From NCBI RefSeq assembly GCF_036321535.1, contig NC_087436.1, forward strand, positions 81,594,001 to 81,658,000: a stretch of DNA of 64,000 bases, given 5' to 3'. A program made the position numbers and the translations under genes. Positions 52,916-64,000 of this stretch are shown here, one piece after another. Positions within the stretch are counted from its first letter, which is position 1; the number at the start of each line of letters is the position of its first letter. The DNA is from Camelus dromedarius. Taxonomy: Eukaryota. The notes under the pieces are model-generated. The model made no database searches. It was not told the origin of the DNA and saw only the letters and a program-made list of their open reading frames with translations.

Positions 52916-53981
52916 TAATGAAATCTATCCTTGGAATCAATATGGTAACTTATGGTGCATCCAGATTACCTTTACCTCCACGTGGTAAGTTTAATGCATT
53001 AAGAAGTCTTGCCACAGCTTAAATTAAGAAACAGTTTTTTGCACTAGTGATAGAGGTTAGATAATCACTTCGATCACCCAAGAAAGGCAAATCGTACCTG
53101 AGTCACTTCAGATGGATACCTCAGGCACTGTCAAGGTCTCTGTCCATACTTGCATGAGTGGATGTCTAGAATAAGACAGGTAATAAGCCCTTTGTGTTCA
53201 AGAGTCATAAAGAAGAAACTGCCTCATATCAGAGAGAGAATGGGGAAGTGGAAAGTGGTGCAAATTCTGGGTCCATAATATGGTAGACATCTGCACCCAA
53301 GCTCACAACCCAAGAAGAGGGATTATTGCAAATAGTCTTTATATCAGTGACTCAGTCAAGGCTATATGCTATAGCCACTCTGCATATAATGAAAGAAAAT
53401 GCTGCTCTCTGCTTCCCTGGATCACCAAGTGAATCAGTATATGGGACCAAGCACTGATGCTGGGATAGGCTGAGACTGACTGAATGTCATTTAGACTCCT
53501 CTACCTGGCACTCAAACCCCTACTGATTTACCAAAATATTCAAACACTATCAGACTGGTTAATTTATCCTTATCATATATACTTTTCCAAGATCTATCTA
53601 CATGCCTTTTTCTAATAATCCAATTGCTCAAATTCTGATTTCCTCCAACCCAATCGTACTTTCCTTAGCACATCATGCAAGACTTCCTCTGCTCCCTGCC
53701 TTTGTTGACTCAACTAATTCCATACTTTTTTTCTTGTCAGAATTTCTACGGAAATTTTTTTTAATCTTATATTTGCAAAGAAGTTGAGAATCTGCAAAGC
53801 ACGTCCACATACATTATCTCACTTATATAAACAGCAGAGTATTATTTTCTAGACCCACTTTTTTCTTGCACTTCCCAACCCTATCCCCTTTTCACAGCTT
53901 GCTTTCCCCAAATCTGGGTGGAGAGGGGTGTCATCCCAGAGCATACATGCTAATGAGGATGAACATAAGATTTATTTTATT

Positions 53982-54434
53982 GTTTAATATATTTTTATTG
54001 AAGCACAGTCAGTTTACAATGTTGTGTCAATTTCTGGAGTACAGCACAATACTTCAGTCACACAGGAACATGCATACACTTGTTCTCATGTTCTTCTTCA
54101 CCATAGGTCACGACAAGGTATTGAATATGGTTCCCTGTGCTGTACAGTATGAACTTGCTGTTTATCTATTATATATACATTAGTATCTGCAAATCTCAAA
54201 CTATCAATTTATCCCTTCCCACCCTCTTCTTCCCCGGGTAACCGTAAGTTTGTTTTCTATGTCTGTGAATCTGTTTCTGTTTTGTAAATAAGTTCGTCTT
54301 TTTTTTTTTTTTTTTTTTGAGATTCCACATAAAAGTGGTATCATGTGGTATTTTTCTTTCTCTTTCTGGCCTACTTCACTTAGAGTGACATTTTCCAGTT
54401 TCATCCGTGTTGCTGCAAATGGCATTATTTTATT
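53982..54434 (-). mobile_element. 5'-truncated L1 (camelid-type) with TSD
   Basis: 17-bp TSD ataagatttattttatt / ataaaatttattttatt (53965-53981, 54435-54451); ORF 54204-54425 (-) is L1-derived. Confidence 0.92.
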
Positions 54435-55267
54435 ATAAAATTTATTTTATTTTATTAAAAGTGCCCCAGGGCATTTGCCATGATAATAACTGAGTTTCTT
54501 TAGTTATTTCTATATGAAACTGCTTGGTAATGAGCCAAAGCAAACAAATCTTTTTCAAAAGTTTTAGAGTTATGATAACAATAATAAAATGTAATTCCCT
54601 GCTTTAGCCAGATACCATACTAAAATGTTTTACATTCAATTCCCTCAAAAACTATGGCTATGTAAAACATGACCACTTCACAGATAAGGAAACCAAGTCT
54701 TCAAGTTGCTAACTAATTGCCCAGTGTCATACTGGGAATTAGTACCTGATCTGTATGACTTGAAAGCCAAAAAGCCCTTTGACACTGTCCCCCGCAGTCA
54801 GGCACTATTCTGTTCCATGGAGTAGAAAAGCAGGGTTGCAGCCCAGGACAAAGGTCGGCTCACCAGGGACATATGCACCACAAAGTAGAATAAAATCACA
54901 TTTATTTTCTTTATAAATAAATAAATAGTAAATGTATGTGATTGCCTGGGGCTTCAGACAGAGCCGTGCAATGACTGAAGTAAGTAGCAGGAAAGGGGAG
55001 AAGTTGGAGCTAAATCAGAGCAGAAGTCTTCACGTAAACCCGGTCCTCTCACCTCATCCCAGGACAATAGGAGCTTATCTGAGGCCAGAGGACTGGAGGC
55101 TTCCCTTCCATCCTCAAGCACAGAGACTTCAGTTTCCCCTATTACGAACTGCCTCACATTCTCTTCTTCCCCAGAGCTACTTATCAATCTTCATTTTAAC
55201 CGGGTTTAACTGACCACATGAATAGATTTAGGGTTTTTTGTTTTTAATTTAATGTTAAATACTATTT

Positions 55268-55590
55268 CTTTTTTTTTTTTAACTTTTTTATTGCAGTATA
55301 GTTAGTTCACAATGTTGTGTCAGTTTCTGGTGTACAGAATAATAGTTCAGTCATACATATACATACATACATTCCTTTTCATATTCTTTTTCATTAGAGA
55401 CTACTATAAGATACTGAATATAGTTCCCTGTGCTATACTGAAGAAACTTGTTTACCTAGTTTATATATAGTAATTAGTATTTGAAAATTTTGAACTCCCA
55501 ATTTATCCCTTCCCACTCCCTTACCCCCAGTAACCATAAGTTTGTTTACTACATCTGCGAGTCTGTTTCTGTTTTGTAGATGAGTTCATT
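55268..55590 (-). mobile_element. L1 3' end (camelid-type)
   Basis: Poly(T), then 'ttattgcagtatagtt..tgtgtcagtttctggtgtacag', 'taaccataagtttgttt'. Confidence 0.9.
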
Positions 55591-55704
55591 AAGGGTTTGA
55601 AAGAGGACAGGACACAGTGAGAGCTTCAATCATTAGCCCAACAGTCTCATTTCACTCTTCAGACATTGTAGTCAACATTTTTCTTTATTTTTCCCAAGAG
55701 GCAA

Positions 55705-56430
55705 TAAAGTGTAATGTGGAAGAGTACAGATTCTGCTCCGCCACTCACTAACTCTGGGACCTTGAACATGTTGCTTGACCTCTCTGCGCCACAATTTGTT
55801 CATCTGTAAAAGGAGCATGATAATAGTACCTACCTTACCGTAAGGTATTGTGAAGAATAAATGAGGCAATATGTGTAATGTACTTGGGATATTGCCTGGC
55901 TCAGAGTAAGTTCTCTATAAGCATTTACTACTATGATTACTATATAATTCATGTCATAAGGATTATAAAAATAATATCTAATAGTCAGTGAAAATTATGC
56001 TAAGTGATTTCCATTTATTCCTTACATAAACCTTGTTAAGTAGGTACTGTTACTGTCCCAATTATAAATGAAACAGAGGTTCAGAGAAGTCATGAAGGGC
56101 TCCAAAATTACCCAGGCAGTAAGCGACAGAGTTAGGACTCAAGTCCAAAAGTCTGATTCCAGAATCAAGTTCTAAACCACCATGCTACTTCAGATGGGTA
56201 ATAAATAATACTTGCTAATGGGTACTGAAGTTTGCTCCGTCCCAGGCACTGTTCTAATAACTTTAAATCTCTTCTATCTTACATCTCTTGCAAAAAATTA
56301 AGTGAAATTTTCAGAACTACCCTATGAGACACATACATTTATTGTTCCTATTTTACAAGTGAGAAAACCAAGAAATCAAGCATTGGTTAACACAGCCAAG
56401 ATCACAAAATCAGCAGATGGCTAAAGCAGG
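55705..56430. mobile_element. Cluster of three MIRs (+ ~55705-55945; - ~55965-56190; - ~56200-56430)
   Basis: MIR cores 'catctgtaaaaggagcatgataatagtacctacc', 'aaatgaaacagaggttcagagaagt', 'ttttacaagtgagaaaacc'. Confidence 0.8.
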
Positions 56431-57410
56431 TAAACCTCATATTGAAAGATGTGTAAAGCTGAGGTGTTAAATTTAAACTTCAGTGACCTAATATCAGATG
56501 GAGTATGACAATTTTCAAAAAGGAAACTCCCTCCTGGTATATCCAGCTAAACAACTTCTAAACCAGAATGATTAAGGCTGATACTCAACTTTAGAATCAT
56601 AAAAGAAAGAATTGATTAAATGCTAGTATATTCTGATTTGCCTCACTACTCAGTCATCATCCCACCTCTAATAGCAGCTATTTTCAGTAGTCATTTTCAT
56701 TCTGTCCTCTACAATTCGAACAGATTCACTATCAGCAAATAAGGATCAACTTTTCATAGGAAGCAAGACCATTGCCTTCCTCTGGTTTCTGCCCCATGGA
56801 AGTTAGAGACAATGCAGAGAGAGATGGTGGATAAATACTCAGTCACCCATGCAACTAAGACAAGGGGAGAATCTGTCAATGATATATTCAGCCGAAACTC
56901 ACAGGAATTTATAAGCATTGTGTATCAATAGTAATGGGTAACAACTGATTGGGTGCTGAGCAGGGGCACAGCAGTCCAACAATTCTTGAGATATTCATGC
57001 AAATTATAAAAATGAGTTTTGGTTTAGTGAGCAGAGCACAGGTTTGGTTGTAGCTCCAAACACTCACTGAGCTTCAACATTATGTATTAAGGGTTTGGTG
57101 TATGTTACAATGGGCCTCAAAGGGTTTGAGTTAATATGAGAAGGTGCCTTTAGAAGTCCAGAGAGACATGATTGATAGCAAGGACAGAAACATACTGTTA
57201 CAGACCTTGGGAAAAGATTGAATAAAATACAAGAGTCAAGAAGGAAGATGGCCAGCAAATTTTCTTTACAAGATGGTTGTGTGGGAGGATAACAATGTGC
57301 CATGGGAAATAATACCAGTTAGATGGTTAGAACAAGTTACAGGATCCTTTATACTCACAGCAGAATTAAATATCTGATTTGCTAGGCAAGGGAAAGCCTG
57401 GCAGGAATAT

Positions 57411-57472
57411 AACATACATATATATACATATGTACATATATATGTGTGTGTGTACATATATATATATATATA
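57411..57472. repeat. (AT)/(AC)/(GT) compound microsatellite
   Basis: Direct sequence. Confidence 0.9.
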
Positions 57473-57679
57473 AAATAATGAATAAAATTTAAGATTTGGG
57501 GGATTCCTCAAAAAGTTTATTCTAAATAAAGAAAAAGCTGCTGATCAATTGTATGGTCACAAATTAACTACCAGTAAACAAATAATGAATTAACAAGGTA
57601 TGGAACAGGAACCTGATTAAAGAAGAAGACATGTTGATGATAACAGTAATAAATTTGACAAAAAACAGAATAAAACCTG

Positions 57680-57897
57680 GCAGTTACTGAGTACCTTATG
57701 CCTTGTGTTCTACATTCATACACTCACAATAACCTCACAAGATCACCATCTTTATTAGCACTATTTTTACAGATAAGGAAACATCTGTTTCCTTCAGAGA
57801 TTATGTGAATTAACCAGGATCTCAAGTGAGATAATAGAATTTGGGTTTAAACCAGATGGTCTAACTCTGGAGTTTACATGCTTGACCACCATGCTAT
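57680..57897 (-). mobile_element. MIR SINE
   Basis: 'ttttacagataaggaaac', 'tctaactctggag..cttgaccaccatgcta'. Confidence 0.8.
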
Positions 57898-59391
57898 AAA
57901 GCTGTGTGTTAAATTAATAGAAGTGGCCACAATTAACAAGAACACAGATGCACATATCAAGTAGTACCACCTCTACCTGCACAGAGAAGTCAGGATAATG
58001 AGGCCTCTGATAGTGATGAAAAACCTGACCAGAATAGAGTGATGGAAGTAATGAGATTCAGTGAAATTCAAATACTCTTAAAATGATGTCCCTCCTAACC
58101 AGGAAAATAGTTTACAATAAGCAAGATTCATAGTAAACAAAATGGAATGGACTTCCATGCCTGGTTTCATCTTCCCACTTTGGAATTGACAGAGAGTAAG
58201 TTTGCTGTGTAGGCATTTCATGGTAATGACTTTACTATCATTAACAGTGACAATAGTTCCAAGCAGTATTTCTTATTTGCATAGCAGCCTTCAACATAGG
58301 AGCAAAAGCATCTGGCAAACATTCTCATTTTTATTATTGATGGCTTAGATTAATAGAGTGCCTTTCTGCCAAAGAGCTCGTTAATCTTTACATGAACTCT
58401 TGTGACACAAATTGGCAAGCAATCCATTGCTGCATTTTACATATGGAGAAACCAAAGTCCAAGGACTTCTGTATAACTGCTCAGTAATACTGTGGCTGGG
58501 TCTACAATGAAATCATAAAGAATCTGGCATTCCCCTTCCTTACTGACTGAAGCCCTATCTCTTTTGCAACTTCTTACTCCAAACTACCGAAGCGGAGGCC
58601 TTCTTTATCTACTGGATCCTTCTCCACTGATTCTTACTAACTCTTCTCCATGCTGGATTCTCAGCGCCCCCCTCCTAATAGCTCAGCTGGCCTCCATTCT
58701 CTCCCCTCTCCAAACTACTCTCGTTATTGCTACCGTATTCATTTTCTTAAACTTGATCAGAAAACAGCAGGAGCTCTCCACTATCTGTGGAAACAGACCC
58801 AGATTCCTTCCTAGAGCACTGAGAACCTCAGTCTATTTTTCCAGCCATATCTCTGACTACCATCTCCTCTGTGCCTCGGTCACCCAAGCCTAAACTTCTG
58901 AACCCAAGTCCACGCTTCTCTTTGCTCATTCTGTTCCCTCTTCTAGAAGTAGCCTTTCCAACTCCAACACTGACTACTAAAATCATCTTCACAGTTCCAC
59001 TCTGATCCTGTTTCTTCCATGAATCCCTTCTAAAACCTCAGTGGAAAATGGGTGCTCCCTCCAACTCCACAAGACCCATTTAACATTATTTGTAGCACTC
59101 ACCATATTCCACCTAGGGTTATCGTGACTTATGAAAGTACATGTCTTACTAGAATGTTCCATCATTGAGATTCACAGAGTCAACAATATATCAGGCCCTG
59201 TGACAGCTAATAGGTAAAAAAGAGAAATAGATCTCTGCCTTTGTGGAAGCTACAATCTTACAGACTTTTCTTGTCTAGGGTTCCTCCTCTGAATGATCAA
59301 ACACACTATTTTCTCTATTTTTCTGAGAATAGTACCATTCTATATGCATAAAAGAGATGTTAATTTATCACATTATAAGCGATGCTTTTTA

Positions 59392-59897
59392 CAAGTGGTT
59401 CTCAAAGTATAGTAAACAGATACCCTGAAGGTCCCCAGGACATTTTCAGGGGGGTCCCTGAGTCAAAACTAACTCCAAATACTATTAAGACATAGTTGGC
59501 CACTTCCACTCTCATTTTCTCTCAAATGTACAGTAGAGCCCTCCAGAGGCTGCATGTTGTATGATATAATAGCAGACTGAAGGCATAAGTAGATAAGAGA
59601 ATTCAGGGGTTTTCCATGAAGCCAGTCATTAAATAGATTTGCAGAAATGTAATACTTTGTCACAATTATTTTTGGTTTATAAAAAGCAGTTTTCATTAAA
59701 AGATACATTATTTTATTTATCATATGTAACAGGCTCACTGTTGCTAATTCTTAATTATCTATTTCAAATTTGTATCTTAATTTCTGATATGGTAAATACC
59801 AATGGATATAACCCACATAAACAGAAGTTCTTCAGGTTTCTCAATAATTTTAAGTTGTATAAAGGAATCATGAGACCACAAAGTCTGAGAATTGCTG
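59392..59897 (+). mobile_element. Charlie1 (Charlie1a/b-like) non-autonomous hAT transposon
   Basis: 'gtggttctcaaagt..ttcaggggggtcc..gtcaaaacta', 'tgtacagtagag..tccagaggctgcatg', terminus 'tgagaattgctg'. Confidence 0.85.
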
Positions 59898-60084
59898 CCT
59901 GGGAGAACTGGGACTCATGTCATTCTGTGGCGCCCCAGTCGAGAATGTGTGGGTGGTGGCTGAGTCATTTGCATTGCTCCCTGAACTCAGCCTCTGTTAA
60001 AGGAACTCTCTGTCCAATGTGTCAGATGAATTTATTTTTGATGTGGCAGTATCTAGCACAGAGGAGGTAGCCAGTGAATATTTG

Positions 60085-60192
60085 AAGAAGGAAGGAAGGA
60101 AGGAAGGAAAGAAGGGAAGGAGAGATGGTAGGAGGGAGGAACAGATAAAAAAGAAAGAAGAAAAGGAGAGAGGGAGGGGAAAAAAGGAAGAG
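60085..60192. repeat. (GGAA)n/GA-rich repeat
   Basis: Direct sequence. Confidence 0.9.
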
Positions 60193-62547
60193 CTGTGTCT
60201 TACTCATTCTTCAGAGATGACCATAGTAATCCACCCATTGAAAATATCTTAACCTTCATGTGAATTGTGTTGTATTGATGTGACATCCAAGGTGATTAAG
60301 ATGTCAATAGTTTCACCTGGTGTGTTGGTAAATTTCGATACAGCTTAGAAATCATGATTTTTAAAGTCAGATTTTTAAAACTCCTCTCATAAATAGATCA
60401 GTGAAAAAACATTTGTGCAGACCAGTCCTTCAATAGCAGAGGATAATTTTAATAAAGATAAAAATATGTAAAATAGATGCAGTCAAATGTTGCCCACACA
60501 TAAACCATCTTCCTTATGGATATGTCAAGTCTCAGTAATGAGAAGTGACTTCCTATAACTAAAATATGGTATCTCCAGATTTAGAGTGAGAATGGGTAGA
60601 ATTAAGCTAAAGCTAACAAAAGGGAGAGGGCCAAAGCAAAACTGGGAATAGGCAAGTCTGTCCTCCAGGCCCTTCTAAGCCTCCATCTGGCCTATCTTCC
60701 CCTTTACCTGTCTGTGAAGCTGCGTTTCATCCCCATGAAGCCCCTTCACTGGCCAAGGCTACCATCACAAAGGTACTCCACTTGGCCTGGCCTTTTGGGC
60801 ATTATTATCCCATGCTTTAATTCAATCTGTACAATTTAATCCATACAATTTTTAGAGTTAAAGAGAAATTTAAATATCATCTATCGCAACTCCCTCACAC
60901 ACACAGTTGAAACTCAGCTAGGTTAGGACTTGCCCAAAGGAATATTAATTCATGACAAAGCTGCAATGAGAATCCAACATCAAGTCCTCTTCCTTTTCCA
61001 GAGACAATACAGTGAAAAGTTTAAATAATCTACTAAACCCCTACAAAGCACTCTCTTTCAGACCAGTCTTGATTCCCTTCCTATAAAACTCTTTCCCATA
61101 CATTGCACTTCTTTAGTCTTCTGTGTTAATGCATTAAGACATTTATCCAAGTGTGGATATTACCTAGATTCAAAACCCATTATCGCCAATTCATACCTTA
61201 ACTCAAGTTAGTTTATCAGGCTAGCTAGCCAACAAATTTACCTCATAACATTTCTATTTTAATAGGAACAGTCTTCAACCAAAGGAGTAAGTGGGAAATT
61301 TCACACACTGTATCAGGTTCAGAAGCAGAGAGAGTTGAGGACCAGAGGGTGTTTTGGCTCCTTAGATCATAACACAGAGTCAGACATCTATACTTAGGAA
61401 CAAGACTAGGAAAAAAGTCAGCATGTGAGGTCTGATTGCCTGCCACCTTCCACACTGCTGACCTGAACCCTGATTGGCAAGAGGATAGTCAACAGACACC
61501 TGACATGATATATTTGGCTGAAATTCATAAAGAATGAAAAACAGCTTAAACTAATTGTTTCCTACCCACTATTTCACATAGTTTTTCCCGAATACATTTT
61601 ATTCAATCTTTTCCTTTACGGAGTGGGGAAAGGGAGGGTATGATATCTTTAAATCTTAATAAACTAAATTCCAAAGCAGGATTATGTTGATTCTTAAGAT
61701 TTATTAATGACTTTGTAAAGATAATACCGTCAAGGTTATTCATTCTCAAACTTAAAGGCATTTGAAAGTGGGCCTTAAGGATTTAAAGCACCAAAAAACC
61801 AACTAGACCTTCCGAAAGTACAACTAGAAAGAAAACTTCAAAACATCTGGCATCTATCATTTCTGGTATCTACATTATAAATAATATATTATTACATGTA
61901 ATGAATGCTGTTAAACTGTAGACTCAATTTCCCAATAAGCTGAGAAGATTTATGTTAATCAAATCTTCATTAATATCTCATACTTTTATTTTAGTAATAG
62001 TTCTCTTATACTGTTTATCAGAATACAGAGAATTCTTTATGAAGAATCTGAAATATCCTAAAATTTATACTGACTTATTCTTCAAATAAGCTCCAGGAAA
62101 AGATTATTATTTTCCTGATCTGACATCAAATTACTTGGGACCTCTCAAACAATGGAAGTCCCAAATCTATCTTCTAAGAGATAGCCTAAGGTACCACCAA
62201 ACAGTGAAAAGCCTTTAAAATTGTATACAATACAAGGGTTACTTATGTTGATCTTACTAAGGTTAAATAAACCTAAGGATTTAGTTTCCCATCTGAGTAA
62301 CTTGCAGCCCACTGAGAAGCCAAACAGAGCAGCCCTATAATGATAAATCTATTCTCTGTTTCATCCCATTTGTAAGACTTTTGGTTCCACAAACTTGTTA
62401 TGCTCATTTCTACATCTTTTTACTTTATGTTGTTATGATTTCTTAAAGTCCCTGTTCTTCCTATTACCTGGAATTCAAATCACATTAGTGTTTAAGGCTC
62501 CATTCAGGTCCAACTTTTACCTTTAATTCTGAGAAGGATACCATATG

Positions 62548-62765
62548 GTAATAAAAGAGGAAGTGCTCCAGAATTGGATTCCTTGGGTTTACCACCACTA
62601 GTTGCATGACCTAGGTCAAGTTACTAAACCTCCAATGTTTCAGCCTCATGACATGTAAATGCTTAGTAGGATTTCAGGGACGATTAAACAAATCAGTGCA
62701 TGCAAAGTGCTTTGAACAGTGCATGGCACAAAGAAATCACTCAATAAATGTTATCCACTATTATA
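62548..62765 (+). mobile_element. MIR SINE
   Basis: 'tgacctaggtcaagttactaaacctc', 'gcaaagtgctttgaacagtgcatggcaca..ctcaataaatgtta'. Confidence 0.85.
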
Positions 62766-63439
62766 ATCTTTATTATAACTCTCATCTTCCTGCACCTCTT
62801 TGAACAAATACAGACACATAATTCATACAGACCTTAGACCTTAGAGGTCACTTAGTTCAATCCCTCATATAAAGTAGCAGCATCTCTAAAAAGTTCTTGA
62901 TATTTGGTTGACCATGAAAATAGTTAAATACTTGCAATGCTGGCAAGTTTTCTACTTTTCAAAAAGCACAGACTGACAAATAATTTTAATCACCAGAAAG
63001 TCCCATTATATACAGTGCTTACTTCTACTCAGTGGCCTCTTAATTCTGTCTCCTGTGCAACTTCAAAACCAACCAGCATCCTCTCTCCTCTTTCACACAA
63101 TATTCCAAACAGTCTCTGACTAGTTAAAAGGACGGTAAGACACTTTGTTTAATAAAGTAAAACAAATTTTGGCAAAATTTACTCAACCACAATAACATAA
63201 CCATACTATTATATGAGAAATTAAGGTAATCACTGCTTCTGAAGGATTTTGCAAACAATATTCATATTTATCACCTTATCTACTTAAATAAGATTGTAGA
63301 CTCTCTGTCAGGCTGCTTTCCAGGTCATATTCAGACATACAACTTCTCGTATGTCTTTCGTAGTCTAGTTATTTCTCTACAAAGTCCCTTTGGCTATGCT
63401 TTTTTTCTCCTTGTTATTTTCTTTTTCCTGCCTCTGCTA

Positions 63440-63473
63440 TACACACGCGTGCGCGCGCACACACACACACACA
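63440..63473. repeat. Alternating purine-pyrimidine (CA/CG)n tract
   Basis: acacacgcgtgcgcgcgcacacacacacacac. Confidence 0.9.
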
Positions 63474-63497
63474 TCTTGCTTTTTCTTCTGTCTTTTA

Positions 63498-63752
63498 ACC
63501 ATTCAACAAATAGTCATGTAATACTAAGTGTGCTAGGCATGGAAAAGTCAAAGATAATTAGATCTGGCTCAAATTATTCACAGTCTAAGGTAGAGAGACA
63601 GACATAAAAACAGTTAACAAAACACTGGTAATGCAGTGAGAGAGACATGCACTGGCTACCGTGAGAACACCAGGAAGGGATGCTTAATGGAAGGAGTCAG
63701 AATAGGTTTCTGGAAGGAGATAACATCTAACGAAGTCTAAAGTCAGCCTAAG
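63498..63752 (-). mobile_element. LINE-2 3' end
   Basis: 'cattcaacaaata..gtgtgctaggca', 'cacagtctaaggtagagagacagac'. Confidence 0.8.
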
Positions 63753-63910
63753 CAGTGCCTCTCAAACTTTAAATCAACTGAGAATCTTGTTCAAAAGCTT
63801 CTGAGTCAGTAGTTTTCGGTGGGACTTGAGATGTTGCAATTCTGATCAAGACAATCTCTCAGATGATGTCCAGGTTCCTGGTCCCCAGACCACTCTTTGA
63901 AACACAAAGG
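63753..63910. mobile_element. MER5A DNA transposon
   Basis: 'cagtgcctctcaaacttt', 'tggtccccagaccactctttga'. Confidence 0.8.
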
Positions 63911-64000
63911 TCTTAAAAGATGACTAGTGACTAAGTAAAGGATAGATGGGGTGATTACTGACAGAATAGACGGTATGAAGTAAATCACAGAAGTAAGAAG

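Noticed and set aside
55705..56190. Tail-to-tail MIR pair as a dsRNA source
   Set aside because: Copies are highly diverged, and such pairs are common
1..64000. Prokaryote-type systems (CRISPR, operons, defence islands) and a named host gene
   Set aside because: The sequence is clearly mammalian non-coding DNA. No coding exon could be recognised, so no gene symbol is assigned.

Overview
Mammalian nuclear DNA, AT-rich and CpG-depleted. It is most likely camelid, based on a tRNA-Ala-derived SINE resembling the camelid vic-1 type and artiodactyl-type L1 3' ends. I recognise no intact protein-coding gene; the ORF track is essentially repeat-derived or random. The window looks like part of a long intron or intergenic region, probably transcribed on the minus strand (inference from A-rich plus strand and several strong minus-strand splice signals). 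It is densely filled with L2, MIR, L1, ERV1/ERVL/MaLR LTRs and hAT DNA transposons. The most notable items are: (1) a perfect 159-bp inverted duplication (19678-19836 / 20240-20398) in a locally CpG-rich zone; (2) a decayed, frameshifted env-like ORF (~15.7-16.63 kb) abutting a PPT-like tract and an LTR; (3) a 574-bp poly(A)-tailed, TSD-flanked piece of older genomic sequence inserted into a MER34-like LTR (orphan transduction-like); (4) a textbook minus-strand recursive-splice-site motif at 11811/11810, plus candidate non-coding and micro-exons. Repeat family names come from recalled consensus similarity, not from a database search. Boundaries are approximate unless TSDs or termini are given.
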